NCBI GenBank assembly: GCA_027021705.1
Contig: JALUTT010000093.1
Coordinates: 1 to 36,605 of the forward strand
From: Anaerolineae bacterium
GTDB lineage: Bacteria; Chloroflexota; Anaerolineae; S140-20
Direction of reading: 5' to 3'
Length of the DNA: 36,605 bases
Under the pieces are notes generated by a model that was given only the letters and a program-made list of their open reading frames with translations, searched no databases and had not been told where the DNA came from. The position numbers and the translations under genes are program-made. Of the stretch, positions 29,501 through 36,605 are shown piece after piece (position 1 is the stretch's first letter; each line of letters starts with the position of its first letter).

Positions 29501-31617
29501 TTCTTCTTCCCCACCGCCTTGCGGATCATGTCCGCCTCGCCCGGCTCGTAGCCGGCCAGCCGCGTGGCGATCTGGATGATCTGCTCCTGGAAGACGATGA
29601 TGCCGTAGGTTTCCTTGAGGATGGGTTCCAGCCAGGGGTGGCGGTAGGTGACCGGCTCCTTCCCCCGCATCCGCCGGATGTAGGTGGGGATGTACTCCAT
29701 CGGGCCGGGCCGATAGAGGGCCAGGACGGCGACGATGTGCTCGTAGCGGGAGGGCTTCATCTCCATCAGGACCCGGCGGAAGCCGGCCCCTTCCACCTGG
29801 AAGACGCCCAGCACGTCCCCGCTGGAGAGCAACTGAAAGGCTTTGGGGTCCTCCAGAGGGATGTTCTGCAGGTTCAACTCGACGCCGTGGCGCTCCCGGA
29901 TCAGCTCCGTCGCCTTGCGCATCACCGTCAGCGTGCTCAGCCCCAGGAAGTCCACCTTGAGCAGGCCGATGGACTCCAGGATCTCCATTGGCCACTGGGT
30001 GACGACGCCGATGCCGCTCTCGTCGTCCCCCTTGGTGGGCCGGTGGAGGGGGCAGTACTCGATCAGGGGGCGGTCGGCGATGATGACGCCGGCGGCGTGG
30101 GTGCTGGCATGGCGGGCCACCCCCTCCAGCTTCATCGCGTTGTCCAGCAGCTCCCGGATGTAGTCGGTGCTCTCGTAGAGCTGCTTCAGTTCCGGCACCT
30201 GTTCCAGGGCCTGGGCGATGGTGATGGGCTTGCCGGGGATGGCGGGGATCAGCCGGGCGACCCGGTCCACCTCGGCCAGGGGGATGTCCATCACCCGGCC
30301 CACATCCCGCACCGCCGCCCGGGCTCCCATCGTCCCAAAAGTGATGATCTGGGCCACCCGCTCCTCGCCGTACTTCTGGACGGTGTACTCGATCAGCTCG
30401 TGCCGCCGGTCGTCGGGATAGTCCAGGTCAATGTCGGGCATCGAGACGCGGCCTGGATTCAGGAAGCGCTCGAAGATGAGGTTGTTGGCCAGGGGGTCCA
30501 CCATCGTGATCCCCAAGCTGTAGGCGACGATGGAGCCGGCCGCCGACCCCCGGGCGTTCCACCAGATGCCCCGCTCCTGCGCCGCCTGGCAGAGGTCCCA
30601 CACGATGAGGAAGTAGGTATCGAATCCCATCTGGTGGATGATCTTCAACTCGTGCTCCAGGCGGCTGCGGACCTCGGGGGCGTCGGCCCGATCGCCATAC
30701 CGCTCCCGCAGCCCCCGCTCGCAGAGATGGCGCAGGTAGCTCTGGGCGTCGTAGCCGGGGGGAACCTGGAAGGGGGGCAGGTGGTAGCCCTTGGGCTCCA
30801 GGTCCACCTGGCACCGCTCGGCGATGAGGAGGGTGTTGTGCAGCGCCTCAGGCACCTCGGCGAAGAGCTCCGCCATCTCCTGGGGGCTGCGCAGGTAGTA
30901 GCTGGGATCGCTCATCCGCATCCGGTCGGGATCGGCCAGCACCTTCCCCGTCTGAATGGCCAGGAGGATGTCGTGGGGGCCGGCATCCTCCGGGTTGACG
31001 TAGTGGACGTCGTTGGCGGCGACGAAGCCGACCTTGTAGTGAGGCCCCCAGCTCAAGAGCGTGCGGTTCAGTTGATGGAGTTCAGAGATCTCGTGGTGCT
31101 GGAGCTCGAAGAAGAAGCGCTCGCGCCCGAAAACCTCCAGGTACCAGTCGAGGCGGCGGCGGGCCTCCTCCTCCTGGCCCTGGGCGATGAGGCGGGGGAC
31201 CTCGGAAGCCATGCAGCCGGTGGTGCAGATGAGCCCTTCGCTGTGGGCGGCCAGGAAGTCGTGGTCAATGCGGGGTTTGTAGTAGAAGCCCTCCAACTGG
31301 GCAGCGCTGGCGATCTTCAGCAGGTTCTGGTAGCCCGTCTGGTTCTCCGCCAGCAGGAGGAGGTGATAGCGGTTCTCCTGGGGGTCCCGGTCCCGCATCC
31401 GCCGGTCGGTCAGGTAGGCTTCGATGCCGATGATGGGCTTGAGGCCGGCCTTCTTGGCCGCCCGGTAGAACTCGATGGTGCCGTACATCGTGCCGTGGTC
31501 GGTGAGGGCGATGGCCGGCATGCCCATCTCTTTGGCCCGGGCCACCAGTTGGGGCAGACGGCTGAGACCATCCAGCAGCGAGTACTCGCTATGCACGTGC
31601 AGATGGACGAAGGACAT
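26551..31617 (-). CDS. dnaE: DNA polymerase III alpha subunit (intein-containing)
   Basis: PHP motifs 'HLHVHSEYSLLDG', 'TDHG', 'NDVHY'; catalytic 'SMPDIDLD'; 'RGSAAGS'; OB fold; interrupted at GFNK/SHA. Confidence 0.98.
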   Translation of the reverse strand: MSFVHLHVHSEYSLLDGLSRLPQLVARAKEMGMPAIALTDHGTMYGTIEFYRAAKKAGLKPIIGIEAYLTDRRMRDRDPQENRYHLLLLAENQTGYQNLLKIASAAQLEGFYYKPRIDHDFLAAHSEGLICTTGCMASEVPRLIAQGQEEEARRRLDWYLEVFGRERFFFELQHHEISELHQLNRTLLSWGPHYKVGFVAANDVHYVNPEDAGPHDILLAIQTGKVLADPDRMRMSDPSYYLRSPQEMAELFAEVPEALHNTLLIAERCQVDLEPKGYHLPPFQVPPGYDAQSYLRHLCERGLRERYGDRADAPEVRSRLEHELKIIHQMGFDTYFLIVWDLCQAAQERGIWWNARGSAAGSIVAYSLGITMVDPLANNLIFERFLNPGRVSMPDIDLDYPDDRRHELIEYTVQKYGEERVAQIITFGTMGARAAVRDVGRVMDIPLAEVDRVARLIPAIPGKPITIAQALEQVPELKQLYESTDYIRELLDNAMKLEGVARHASTHAAGVIIADRPLIEYCPLHRPTKGDDESGIGVVTQWPMEILESIGLLKVDFLGLSTLTVMRKATELIRERHGVELNLQNIPLEDPKAFQLLSSGDVLGVFQVEGAGFRRVLMEMKPSRYEHIVAVLALYRPGPMEYIPTYIRRMRGKEPVTYRHPWLEPILKETYGIIVFQEQIIQIATRLAGYEPGEADMIRKAVGKKKKEALLAHRTKFVQGCEANGIPRETAEAIFDDIEFFARYGFNKCLPGDVEVVDAATGRLVKIEALYRGVASIQETVTCDLDGLALRTAPVTAVMDNGVRPVFRLVTALGHEIEATANHPFYTFEGWRRLDELRPGDRIAVPRRLPVEGSQEWPEHQVIVLGHLLAEGDLCHPGLVSYHTRDETCLADYLRAVEQFDNVACTVRQRRSTYSVYARGLRRGEEPGVVQWVRALGLGGKKAHQKVIPPEVFTLTNRQVALLLSRLWASGGYLGARQGSWHAYYVMASERLARQVQHLLLRLGIVSRLRKGGFPDRDGRGGYQVHVMGEEHLRRFVTAVGQHFIRPEDLEARAQILAQSAEVKHSRDTVPAAIQGPVGAEGEAHGVAWGRVRAEAGVAYRELSSVAPSASKRGLRRETRGRPADSFDGEERRRYAESDLYWDEVVSIEYVGEKRTYDLTVAGTHNFIANDILVHNSHACDYAVITCQTAYLKAHYPVEYITALLTVERHNTEKVGLIIAEARRMGIEVRPPDVNYSDVSFTIEETDGTTAIRFGLGAIKNLGEGPVRLILEARRKGGPFRDLEDFCRRVDLRQVNRRGLECLIKVGALDGFGRRSQLLAAMDRMIGFSRQVHEAREVGQLTFFGTTAGLSLGSEAFLGALDEIPEVPRKEMLAWEKELIGTYVSTHPMQSVLDRLSHLTIVPSSHLRDMAGQKVIVAGVVTYVRPHITRKGDAMAFVALEDPFGTMEVTVFPRLWKQVQDLVVPEKVLVVWGRVDGESREPRLIADRIRDQVTVPGPADGNGHDGRPDEEQGASRGQGARGKGQGARGKGQGARGKGQGARGKEQGAGGKGREAMPPPPEEPPPPPEWSPVPVAEAAPVAEVSSAAPAVAPVKEARETHAPAPRQRRRLLILFHRTENLEADKKRLRRVHATLLRYEGQDRFTIRLLGGPNGDVELDFPNDTTGYCPELERDLVELLGPEAVRVVDG
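26952..27088. repeat. Coding 7-bp tandem repeat (TTGCCCC)n in the dnaE C-terminal linker
   Basis: 11 perfect units at 26994-27070 plus degenerate flanking units; encodes (GQGARGK)n. Confidence 0.95.
28090..29373 (-). mobile_element. DnaE intein (428 aa) with LAGLIDADG-type endonuclease domain
   Basis: Starts CLPGD after GFNK; block B 'ATANHPF'; ends 'YDLTV.GTHNFIANDILVHN' followed by Ser+1. Confidence 0.96.
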
Positions 31618-31768
31618 GGATGCCTCCGTGACGGGCGGCAGGCGGACGCCCCCCAGACAGAGGGGGCGACAGGTTCACGGGGTGGCGAGTCCACGAGTCA
31701 ATGGATCGGTGGGGTGCGCCGCCGCTCCGAAGGGGACGGCGCAGGGGCACGGAAAAGCCCCGCTGGCG

Positions 31769-31796
31769 ATTATACCACCAAACGGGGCTGTCGGAA
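31769..31796 (-). promoter_or_regulatory. Extended -10 promoter candidate for the dnaE-ybaK-pfk run
   Basis: TGGTATAAT on the minus strand, weak -35 TTCCGA at 16 bp. Confidence 0.55.
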
Positions 31797-31878
31797 ACCG
31801 AAAGACGGGGGGGCAGAAGGGGTTTTCGCGGAATTTTAAGGATTCGGTCTCCGGCTCGGAGGCGGGGGCCGATGGGCC

Positions 31879-32649
31879 TTACGATCCGGCCACCGCCTCC
31901 TGGAGGGCCCGGCGGACCTGCTCCTCGGTCACCGGGCCGAAGAAGCGGGGCTCGCCGTTGACGAAGATCCCATCGGCCACACCGTAGCGGGCCAGCGTCT
32001 CCATGCTCGCCGGCACCTCCTTCAGCGCCACCTTCCCGCCAAGCTCGTCGGCCACCCGCCGCAGGGCCAGCACCGCCGATGCGCCCACCGGACAGAAATG
32101 GGAGCCGATGATGAGCACTTCGACCGGCGCCACCTCCTCGCGGGCGATCCGGGGGGTGAGGGGCTCGACCTGGATCGTCTCCTGGCCGAGGGGCAAGTAC
32201 ATCAGCTTGCCCGGCCCTTCCTCACGGATGACCCGGAAGCCGCGCTTGGCGAAATGGCGATGGTGCATGTAGCCCTCGATCTCCGTGCCGGCCACCAGGA
32301 TGCCCTTGTACCCCTCCGAGCGCAGGAAATCCACGAAGGCGTCGAAGAGCAGCCGCATACCTCCCCGTCCCTGGTGGGGGCGTTGGACCCACTCGCAGTA
32401 GATGACGGCCACCCGGTCCTCGATCCGATAGGGCACCAATGCCCTCTCGGAGGGGGCCCAGTAGATGTGGCCGATCACCTGGCCGGCGTCATCCTCCAGG
32501 TGAAAGCCCTCCACGTAGTGCCCTAGGCTGTCGGCGAACCAGGCCCTGGAGAGGGAGAGCCCTTCGGCCCAAAAGGGAGGCGGGCTTTCCGTCGCGCAAG
32601 GATAGGCTCGCGCCGCCTCCTCCCGGTCGGTCAGTCGGTACGCCCTCAT
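31879..32649 (-). CDS. GNAT-family acetyltransferase with C-terminal thioredoxin-like domain
   Basis: 'IYCEWVQRPHQGRGGMRLL' acetyl-CoA motif A, 'HFAKRGF'; C-terminal 'HFCPVG...YGV.DGIFVNG'; ATG at 32649 after AGGAGG. Confidence 0.75.
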   Translation of the reverse strand: MRAYRLTDREEAARAYPCATESPPPFWAEGLSLSRAWFADSLGHYVEGFHLEDDAGQVIGHIYWAPSERALVPYRIEDRVAVIYCEWVQRPHQGRGGMRLLFDAFVDFLRSEGYKGILVAGTEIEGYMHHRHFAKRGFRVIREEGPGKLMYLPLGQETIQVEPLTPRIAREEVAPVEVLIIGSHFCPVGASAVLALRRVADELGGKVALKEVPASMETLARYGVADGIFVNGEPRFFGPVTEEQVRRALQEAVAGS

Positions 32650-32693
32650 GCGCCACCTCCTCGCCCCATCGGGGCGTTCTCCGAGAGCCCCCA

Positions 32694-32816
32694 CGAATCC
32701 GTTGACGGCAGTCAGTTTTGGAGCGGATAGCGGTCAGCGGATTGGGGAACGGATGGAGCGGATGGGAGACCGCCCCTCTCCGTTCAATCCGCTCCCCGAA
32801 TCCGTTGACAGCAGTC
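32694..32816. repeat. (A/G)CGGAT/ATCCG(T/C) palindromic element bracketed by 20-bp direct repeats
   Basis: CGAATCCGTTGAC(G/A)GCAGTC at 32694-32713 and 32797-32816; internal GCGGAT/ACGGAT units pair with TCCGT/ATCCGC. Confidence 0.7.
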
Positions 32817-35291
32817 TTATGAAGTGGACCTTCTCTTGGCCCTGCCTTTATAACGCAGTATGGCTCCCAAGGTCACAAGGCCACCCAGGACGGTCAGGCC
32901 GCCGACGGCCTGGAGCACCGTCTTGGGCTCCATACCCGGCATCACCACCTGCCCATCGCCGTAAGCTTTGAAGAGTTGGCCCCACTTGGTCTGCAAGGCG
33001 GCCTCCACCCGCTTGCGCCCGACGAAGGGGTACCAGTAGACGTTGTGGTAGAAGTTGCTGGCGAAGTAGGACCAGGGAACCAACGGAGATTGGAGCAGCG
33101 GCTTCTCCAGGGGCTTCAGCGGTCCGTGGTAGATCAGCTTCTGCCCCCGACTGGCGAAGGTGTCCTCCTGGACGAAGTGCCAGTTCTGGGCCATCACCCA
33201 GTCGGGGTCCTCGCCCACGATCTTGATCTCGCGGGGATCGCCCACCCCCAGCCCCATCTCGTGGGCGATGCGGATGAAGGGGATGCTCAGCGGGTCGAAG
33301 CCCTGCAGGTGGGCGGAGATGGCATCAATGGCCACCCAGTCCGCCGAGGCCAGGATGACGTCCTTCTCGTGCCAGCGCATCGCCCGGGGGCCGGGGCCGT
33401 CGCCGGCGAAGGTCCCATCCATCACGGCGAAGATGCCGGGGTGGATGTCTTGGGAGATCATCAACAGGTCCACCAGTGTCTCGTGGATGACGGCGTGGGT
33501 CCAGTGGCGGTTGCGGTGGAGGAGCCCCCCGAAGGCGTTCTTCATCGCTCCCGTGATCGTGGTGAAGACGTGGGTGTTGTGGAGGAAAAGGCCGTTGCCG
33601 ATGAAGTTGGGTGCTCCATCCATCGTGAAGTCATACAGGTATTCTGTGTCCGGCTCCACCTCTTCGACGGCCACGATATGATCCCAAGCGATCTCCTCAC
33701 CGCTAGGCTGTTTCCCCTGTCTGCGGCGGGCGACCAGGGCTTCCAAGCGTTGTCTCTTCTGCTCGCTATGCAGGTCGAGCCATCCCGCCAGGGTGACCAG
33801 ATCGTTCCCGTAGACCGAGAGTTGGAAATGGCGTCGCCGAGGACCATCGGCGTTGGTCGCCCGCGCCCAGTACTCGCGGCGAAAGGCCACGACCCCAAGG
33901 CGTGTCAGAAGATACTGGAGCTCCCTGGACAGCCGCTCGCTCTTCGTCGTGGCGTGAAGCCCGTCTTCCTCCCCGACCGTCCCATCGCCATCCAGGTATG
34001 CGCTGAGGAAAGCGGCGATCTCCTCGTCGGGACACCGGAACAGGAGCGGAGGAACCCGCTTGCTCCCGGCATCCAAGGGGACGGGCAGTCCCAGCTTCTC
34101 CAGCAACTCACCCAATTGGACGCTGTCCACGTAGCAGTCATTGCTGCCTGGACGACAGGTAAGACGGAGTCCGAAGAGGGATTCGGTGAGCCGGAAGAAC
34201 TCCTCCCGAATCCTGGGGTCTCCGTGCGTCCACCAGATCCGGCAGGTCGTGCGCATCGGCTGAACCCAACCTTCAGCGATCAGGTAGCCCATCCACCGCC
34301 AGAAGTCCGGCGAAGTGCGCTCGGGAACGCGGATCCAGTGCTTGTTACGGCGCATCGGGATCCGGTAGCGGCGCAGGACGCTCTGGACGGACTGCCAGCG
34401 GATGCCGAGCGAGGCATCCAGGCGCGGCAGCGGCTGGCTCTCCCCCTCGACCTTGATGCGGCGGGGAATCGCTACCCGATCGCCCACCTGGAGCTCGACG
34501 GCCTGTCGCCACCCCGTTGGTGTGAGGAAGGGATGGACAGGCGAGACGACGACCTCCCGCCCCGTCCGGGTACGGATACGCCACAGCTTCTGGCCGTTAA
34601 GGGGAGTGCGCCAGAACCACCGGGTTTGCTGTCGGACGACGGTCCCCCTCCCATCTAGGCTAACCAGGGACTCGCGGGCTTGCACCCGGACATCCCCATC
34701 CTCGTCGAGAAGGGGGATACCCCCCGACCGCAGCCGTTCCTCAACGAGTTCCCCAGCTCGCACCAAGGCCCCATCGGCCCGCACGATCTCGGTATCGGGG
34801 TGGACACACTTCACGGTTGGAAGCTGGATGATATTTCGTCCTACCAGGATTTTGGGGATGTAGAGCCCGTTGGGGTAGACTTTGTCCAGCACCAGGAAGG
34901 GTCGTTTGGGCTCGTAGCGCACCCATTCGTACTGGGGCTCGTAGAGGTGGACGTTCTCCACGCCGTACTTCTCGACCACGTAGAGGTGCTTGTTGTTCCG
35001 CTCGCCCACGCGGGCATCCACGACGACGGTGTCGTTGTGGGCACCGAGCAACCGGGGATAGCCGGCCTCCTGGAGCTTGCGGATCACCCCCTCCAGTTGC
35101 CAGGGGGCGGTGGAGCAGGCCGGGTACCAGGTCTGCCAGGAGATGTTGATCTTCAGGATGGTCTCTTTGTCCTTGGGCAACGCTTCCTCAAAGCCGGCCA
35201 ATTCCATCAACCGCCCGTAATCGTCCAGCACGGTCTCCGGCGTGGTGCGCAAAACGGCGACTTTGCCCTTGCCTGGGAATTCTTCTCGCAT
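32817..35291 (-). CDS. DUF362-like (putative Fe-S) protein interrupted by an intein
   Basis: 'ILKINISW', 'LPTVK|THVFTTITGAMKNAFG', 'MDGTFAGDGPGP', 'ILASADWVAIDA' match the DUF362 pattern; C-terminal TM segment. Confidence 0.8.
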   Translation of the reverse strand: MREEFPGKGKVAVLRTTPETVLDDYGRLMELAGFEEALPKDKETILKINISWQTWYPACSTAPWQLEGVIRKLQEAGYPRLLGAHNDTVVVDARVGERNNKHLYVVEKYGVENVHLYEPQYEWVRYEPKRPFLVLDKVYPNGLYIPKILVGRNIIQLPTVKCVHPDTEIVRADGALVRAGELVEERLRSGGIPLLDEDGDVRVQARESLVSLDGRGTVVRQQTRWFWRTPLNGQKLWRIRTRTGREVVVSPVHPFLTPTGWRQAVELQVGDRVAIPRRIKVEGESQPLPRLDASLGIRWQSVQSVLRRYRIPMRRNKHWIRVPERTSPDFWRWMGYLIAEGWVQPMRTTCRIWWTHGDPRIREEFFRLTESLFGLRLTCRPGSNDCYVDSVQLGELLEKLGLPVPLDAGSKRVPPLLFRCPDEEIAAFLSAYLDGDGTVGEEDGLHATTKSERLSRELQYLLTRLGVVAFRREYWARATNADGPRRRHFQLSVYGNDLVTLAGWLDLHSEQKRQRLEALVARRRQGKQPSGEEIAWDHIVAVEEVEPDTEYLYDFTMDGAPNFIGNGLFLHNTHVFTTITGAMKNAFGGLLHRNRHWTHAVIHETLVDLLMISQDIHPGIFAVMDGTFAGDGPGPRAMRWHEKDVILASADWVAIDAISAHLQGFDPLSIPFIRIAHEMGLGVGDPREIKIVGEDPDWVMAQNWHFVQEDTFASRGQKLIYHGPLKPLEKPLLQSPLVPWSYFASNFYHNVYWYPFVGRKRVEAALQTKWGQLFKAYGDGQVVMPGMEPKTVLQAVGGLTVLGGLVTLGAILRYKGRAKRRSTS
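33576..34808 (-). mobile_element. Intein (411 aa) with LAGLIDADG endonuclease in the DUF362-like gene
   Basis: Starts CVHPD; block B 'VSPVHPF'; 'MGYLIAEG' and 'FLSAYLDGDG'; ends 'YDFTMDGAPNFIGNGLFLHN' followed by Thr+1. Confidence 0.95.
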
Positions 35292-35325
35292 CGCTTCGAT
35301 CTCCTCACGCTTGGTGTGCCTAAAG

Positions 35326-35446
35326 GTAACTGTTCACCCTCCCGCAGGTTAGGCGTGTTCCGACGCGAAACCGTGCTTCAAACAGCCCATCGGGGCTGAA
35401 AGCGCCCTCGACCGGTAACCTGCGGGAGGGTAGGCTGAGTAGACAC
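35326..35446 (+). mobile_element. MITE copy 3 (121 bp) in the 5' leader of the DUF362-like gene
   Basis: Ends GTAACTGTTCA...TGAGTAGACAC; perfect 8-bp TSD GCCTAAAG (35318-35325, 35447-35454). Confidence 0.92.
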
Positions 35447-35466
35447 GCCTAAAGTTTCACGCCGGA

Positions 35467-35495
35467 AGTATACCGTACTTCGACGCTGGTGTCCA
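35467..35495 (-). promoter_or_regulatory. sigma70-type promoter for the DUF362-like gene
   Basis: TGGACA-17 bp-TATACT on the minus strand. Confidence 0.65.
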
Positions 35496-35513
35496 GGCAG
35501 CGCCCAACAAGCA

Positions 35514-35537
35514 AGGGGCGACCATCCGGTCGCCCCC
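35514..35537. repeat. REP-like hairpin downstream of the ferredoxin gene
   Basis: GGGGCGACC-atcc-GGTCGCCCC; same stem as 23749-23778. Confidence 0.65.
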
Positions 35538-35570
35538 TATACGGCCTTGGCCAAAGGTGATGGCATAGCT

Positions 35571-35918
35571 CTAGCCGGCGGCGCTGTAGCCCGGGCCCTC
35601 CTGGAAGAACTTGTAGTTGTACTCGATGTCCTCGCGGAGGTTGATAACCTCACCGCCCTTCGCGGTCCAGCGCTCGCCATCATGGGGCTGGACCTCCTGG
35701 CCGGCCCGCAGCGTATAGGCCTCCGGCACCTCGTCCTCGGGGAAGATGGCCTCATAGGGGCACTCGGGCACGCAGGCCCCACAGTCAATGCAGGTATCCG
35801 GGTCAATGTAGAACCAGGGCCATTCGCTCTCCGGCTGCCCCGGCACGATACACTCCACAGGGCAGACCTCCACGCAAGCTGAGTCCCGCAGGCAGAGACT
35901 GGTGATAATGTGGGTCAT
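35571..35918 (-). CDS. Dicluster (7Fe/8Fe-type) ferredoxin
   Basis: 'CLRDSACVEVCPVECI' and 'CIDCGACVPECP'; AAGGAGG RBS. Confidence 0.93.
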   Translation of the reverse strand: MTHIITSLCLRDSACVEVCPVECIVPGQPESEWPWFYIDPDTCIDCGACVPECPYEAIFPEDEVPEAYTLRAGQEVQPHDGERWTAKGGEVINLREDIEYNYKFFQEGPGYSAAG

Positions 35919-36082
35919 GGGAAACGACCTCCTTACGTTGTGGTTGAAGGGTAGAACTGACGTTCGTCGGTGGGGTCCCTTCAGGAGTCCTCCGAGGGGC
36001 CGGCGGAACTTCAGGATAAGGACCGCGCCTCAGAGCGGCTGTGGGGGAGTGGGACCCTCACCACCTTCTTGATGAGGAGCAC

Positions 36083-36110
36083 TTGACCCTTGCCCAAAAA
36101 CGGGTATGAT
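36083..36110 (+). promoter_or_regulatory. sigma70-type promoter candidate antisense to the ferredoxin leader
   Basis: TTGACC-16 bp-TATGAT. Confidence 0.5.
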
Positions 36111-36171
36111 ACGGTCGCGCTGGGCGATGGGGAAGCCCTTCGCATCATCCCCTCGGCGTTAAAGCGAACCT

Positions 36172-36200
36172 ATTGTAGCCCGATTTGGGGGGTTTGTCAA
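36172..36200 (-). promoter_or_regulatory. sigma70-type promoter for the ferredoxin gene
   Basis: TTGACA-17 bp-TACAAT on the minus strand. Confidence 0.75.
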
Positions 36201-36446
36201 GAGCCTGAAAACCACCACCATCCAGATCGGAACGGTCAGCCCACAAACCGAGCCCAAAACCACCACCCCGGGCACTATGAACACAATCCACGCCCCATAC
36301 ATAGGGTGCCGCATCAGCGCATAGACACCGTGAGTGCACAGCTCCCCCCGCCGGTAACAGCGACTGAATTGCACCGCAGCAGACGCGAATACAACCAGGC
36401 CCGCCAACGCCCAAACCCCTCCCAAACCAAGGTTCACCCACCTCGA
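36200..36446 (-). pseudogene. Fragment of an isoprenylcysteine carboxyl methyltransferase/PEMT-family membrane methyltransferase
   Basis: 'GELCTHGVYALMRHPMYG' matches the family 'L.T.G.Y...RHP.Y' motif; N-terminus runs into the IS end and the C-terminal 'EE..L...FG..Y' part is absent. Confidence 0.7.
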
Positions 36447-36605
36447 TTGGACTTTTGACAAAGCTGCCCCCATCCTTTGGAGGACTTGACAATCAGGCCG
36501 GAACCGGGCAAAGTTGGGAGTATGAGCGAATCCCAACTTCGCCGGTTCCGAGACCTGCTATATCAGCACCTTAACAACCGAGCCGATGCCCTTATGGACC
36601 TGCTG
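36447..36605 (+). mobile_element. Probable left end of an insertion sequence (boundary approximate)
   Basis: Pseudogene similarity stops near GGACTTTTGACA (~36449); followed by TTGACA (36486) and a transposase-like start. Confidence 0.55.
36522..36605 (+). CDS. N-terminus of a putative DDE transposase (IS701-related), truncated by the window edge
   Basis: MSESQLRRFRDLLYQHLNNRADALMDLL resembles the 'FR..LY..L..RADAL..L.DAL' N-terminus of IS701-like DDE transposases; GGGAG before ATG; only 28 codons visible. Confidence 0.6.
   Translation, partial: MSESQLRRFRDLLYQHLNNRADALMDLL

Noticed and set aside
35960..36078. SAM-I riboswitch (minus strand CTCATCAAGA...GAGGG) or glycine aptamer (plus strand AACTTCAGG...AAGGACC)
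   Set aside because: Downstream conserved elements are missing (GCAACC, GTGC, closing GATGAG for SAM-I); the glycine-like match is partial and has no gene downstream on that strand

Overview
GC-rich bacterial chromosomal segment, most likely Chloroflexota (Anaerolineae-like). This is inferred from the duplicated-nuoM complex I cluster, the b-delta ATP synthase fusion and the GT-C protein with repeated C-terminal domains. Left to right: the end of a glycan cluster (flippase, radical SAM/SPASM, GT4; minus strand); a SAM methyltransferase; a plus-strand bioenergetic run containing only membrane-sector genes (nuoA-H-J-K-L-M1-M2-N, a DUF433/PIN-like toxin-antitoxin pair, then atpZ/I-atpB-atpE-atpF/delta); a HEAT-repeat protein; a GT39-like membrane glycosyltransferase; carD-infA; tandem ATP- and PPi-type phosphofructokinases; ybaK; dnaE with a LAGLIDADG intein and an in-frame 7-bp tandem repeat; a GNAT-thioredoxin-like protein; a DUF362-like protein with a second intein; a ferredoxin; a methyltransferase remnant; and the start of an IS transposase. 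Non-coding DNA holds three copies of a ~122-bp MITE with 8-bp target-site duplications, REP-like palindromes, 7/8-bp tandem repeats and several near-consensus sigma70 promoters. All family calls come from motif recognition, not database searches.
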